Below are positions 31,809-32,000 of a stretch of 32,000 bases of DNA, piece after piece. The stretch comes from Pseudomonas phage vB_PaeS_PAJD-1. Location: sequence record MW835180.1. One strand, 5' to 3'. How positions within the stretch are numbered: the stretch's first letter is position 1; the number at the start of each line of letters is the position of its first letter. The position numbers and the translations under genes were made by a program. Below the pieces are notes generated by a model. That model did not search any database, was not told where the DNA came from, and saw nothing but the letters and a program-made list of their open reading frames with translations.

Positions 31809-32000
31809 TTAGGGGAGCTTGAGCAAGTCCCGGCACCGTCCGCAGTGCCCGCCAACCAGTCGTTCGAAGTGTTCGTCACAGTGCTTGCAGATACCAGGCA
31901 CACCCTTGGGCATTCTAGCCGCTCGAGCACTTATCTCTTTGATATGAGCTTCGTCCAGCACTTCCGCGTCTTTGAGTGCGCGGTCAGCATCATCTGCCAT
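31809..32000 (-). CDS. TraR/DksA-like C4 zinc-finger small protein
   Basis: MADDADRALKDAEVLDEAHIKEISARAARMPKGVPGICKHCDEHFERLVGGHCGRCRDLLKLP: N-terminal MADxAD, CxxC...CxxC. The start codon is the last three bases of the window, so an upstream extension cannot be excluded. Confidence 0.7.
   Translation of the reverse strand: MADDADRALKDAEVLDEAHIKEISARAARMPKGVPGICKHCDEHFERLVGGHCGRCRDLLKLP

Noticed and set aside
1-32000. CRISPR array, integrase, transposase or long direct repeats
   Set aside because: None seen. The only strongly repetitive tract is the Lys/Ala/Glu-coding region at about 27150-27417, which is explained by protein composition.

Overview
The window is a tailed-phage (siphovirus-type) genome segment with two opposed gene blocks. 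(1) A rightward structural module (1..~18100) encodes a head-morphogenesis C-terminus, major capsid protein, probable decoration protein, connector/neck proteins, major tail protein, tail assembly chaperones with a clear A_AAA_AAC -1 frameshift site, tape measure protein, two large virion proteins with related N-termini, and a distal tail/hub cassette ending in a DUF2793-like protein. (2) A leftward early/DNA-metabolism module (~18107..32000) encodes a TraR/DksA-like Zn protein, a PD-(D/E)XK Cas4/RecB-like nuclease, an SF2 helicase with an SSB-like acidic tail, small DNA-binding-like proteins, a sliding-clamp-like protein and a family B DNA polymerase with an unusual motif C. The two modules converge on one bidirectional terminator. 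The leftward module also carries a compact 7-deazaguanine DNA-modification cluster: queE, gat-queC (class II glutamine amidotransferase fused to QueC), queD, folE and dpdA. The Gat-QueC fusion predicts a 2'-deoxyarchaeosine (dG+) type modification. The folE product appears to be a fusion of a Gpt-like phosphoribosyltransferase and GTP cyclohydrolase I, which is the most unusual feature here. Several strong RNA hairpins, including a C(UUCG)G tetraloop hairpin overlapped by a promoter upstream of dpdA, suggest layered expression control. I saw no tRNA, CRISPR array, integrase or transposon. All family calls were made by eye from sequence motifs.
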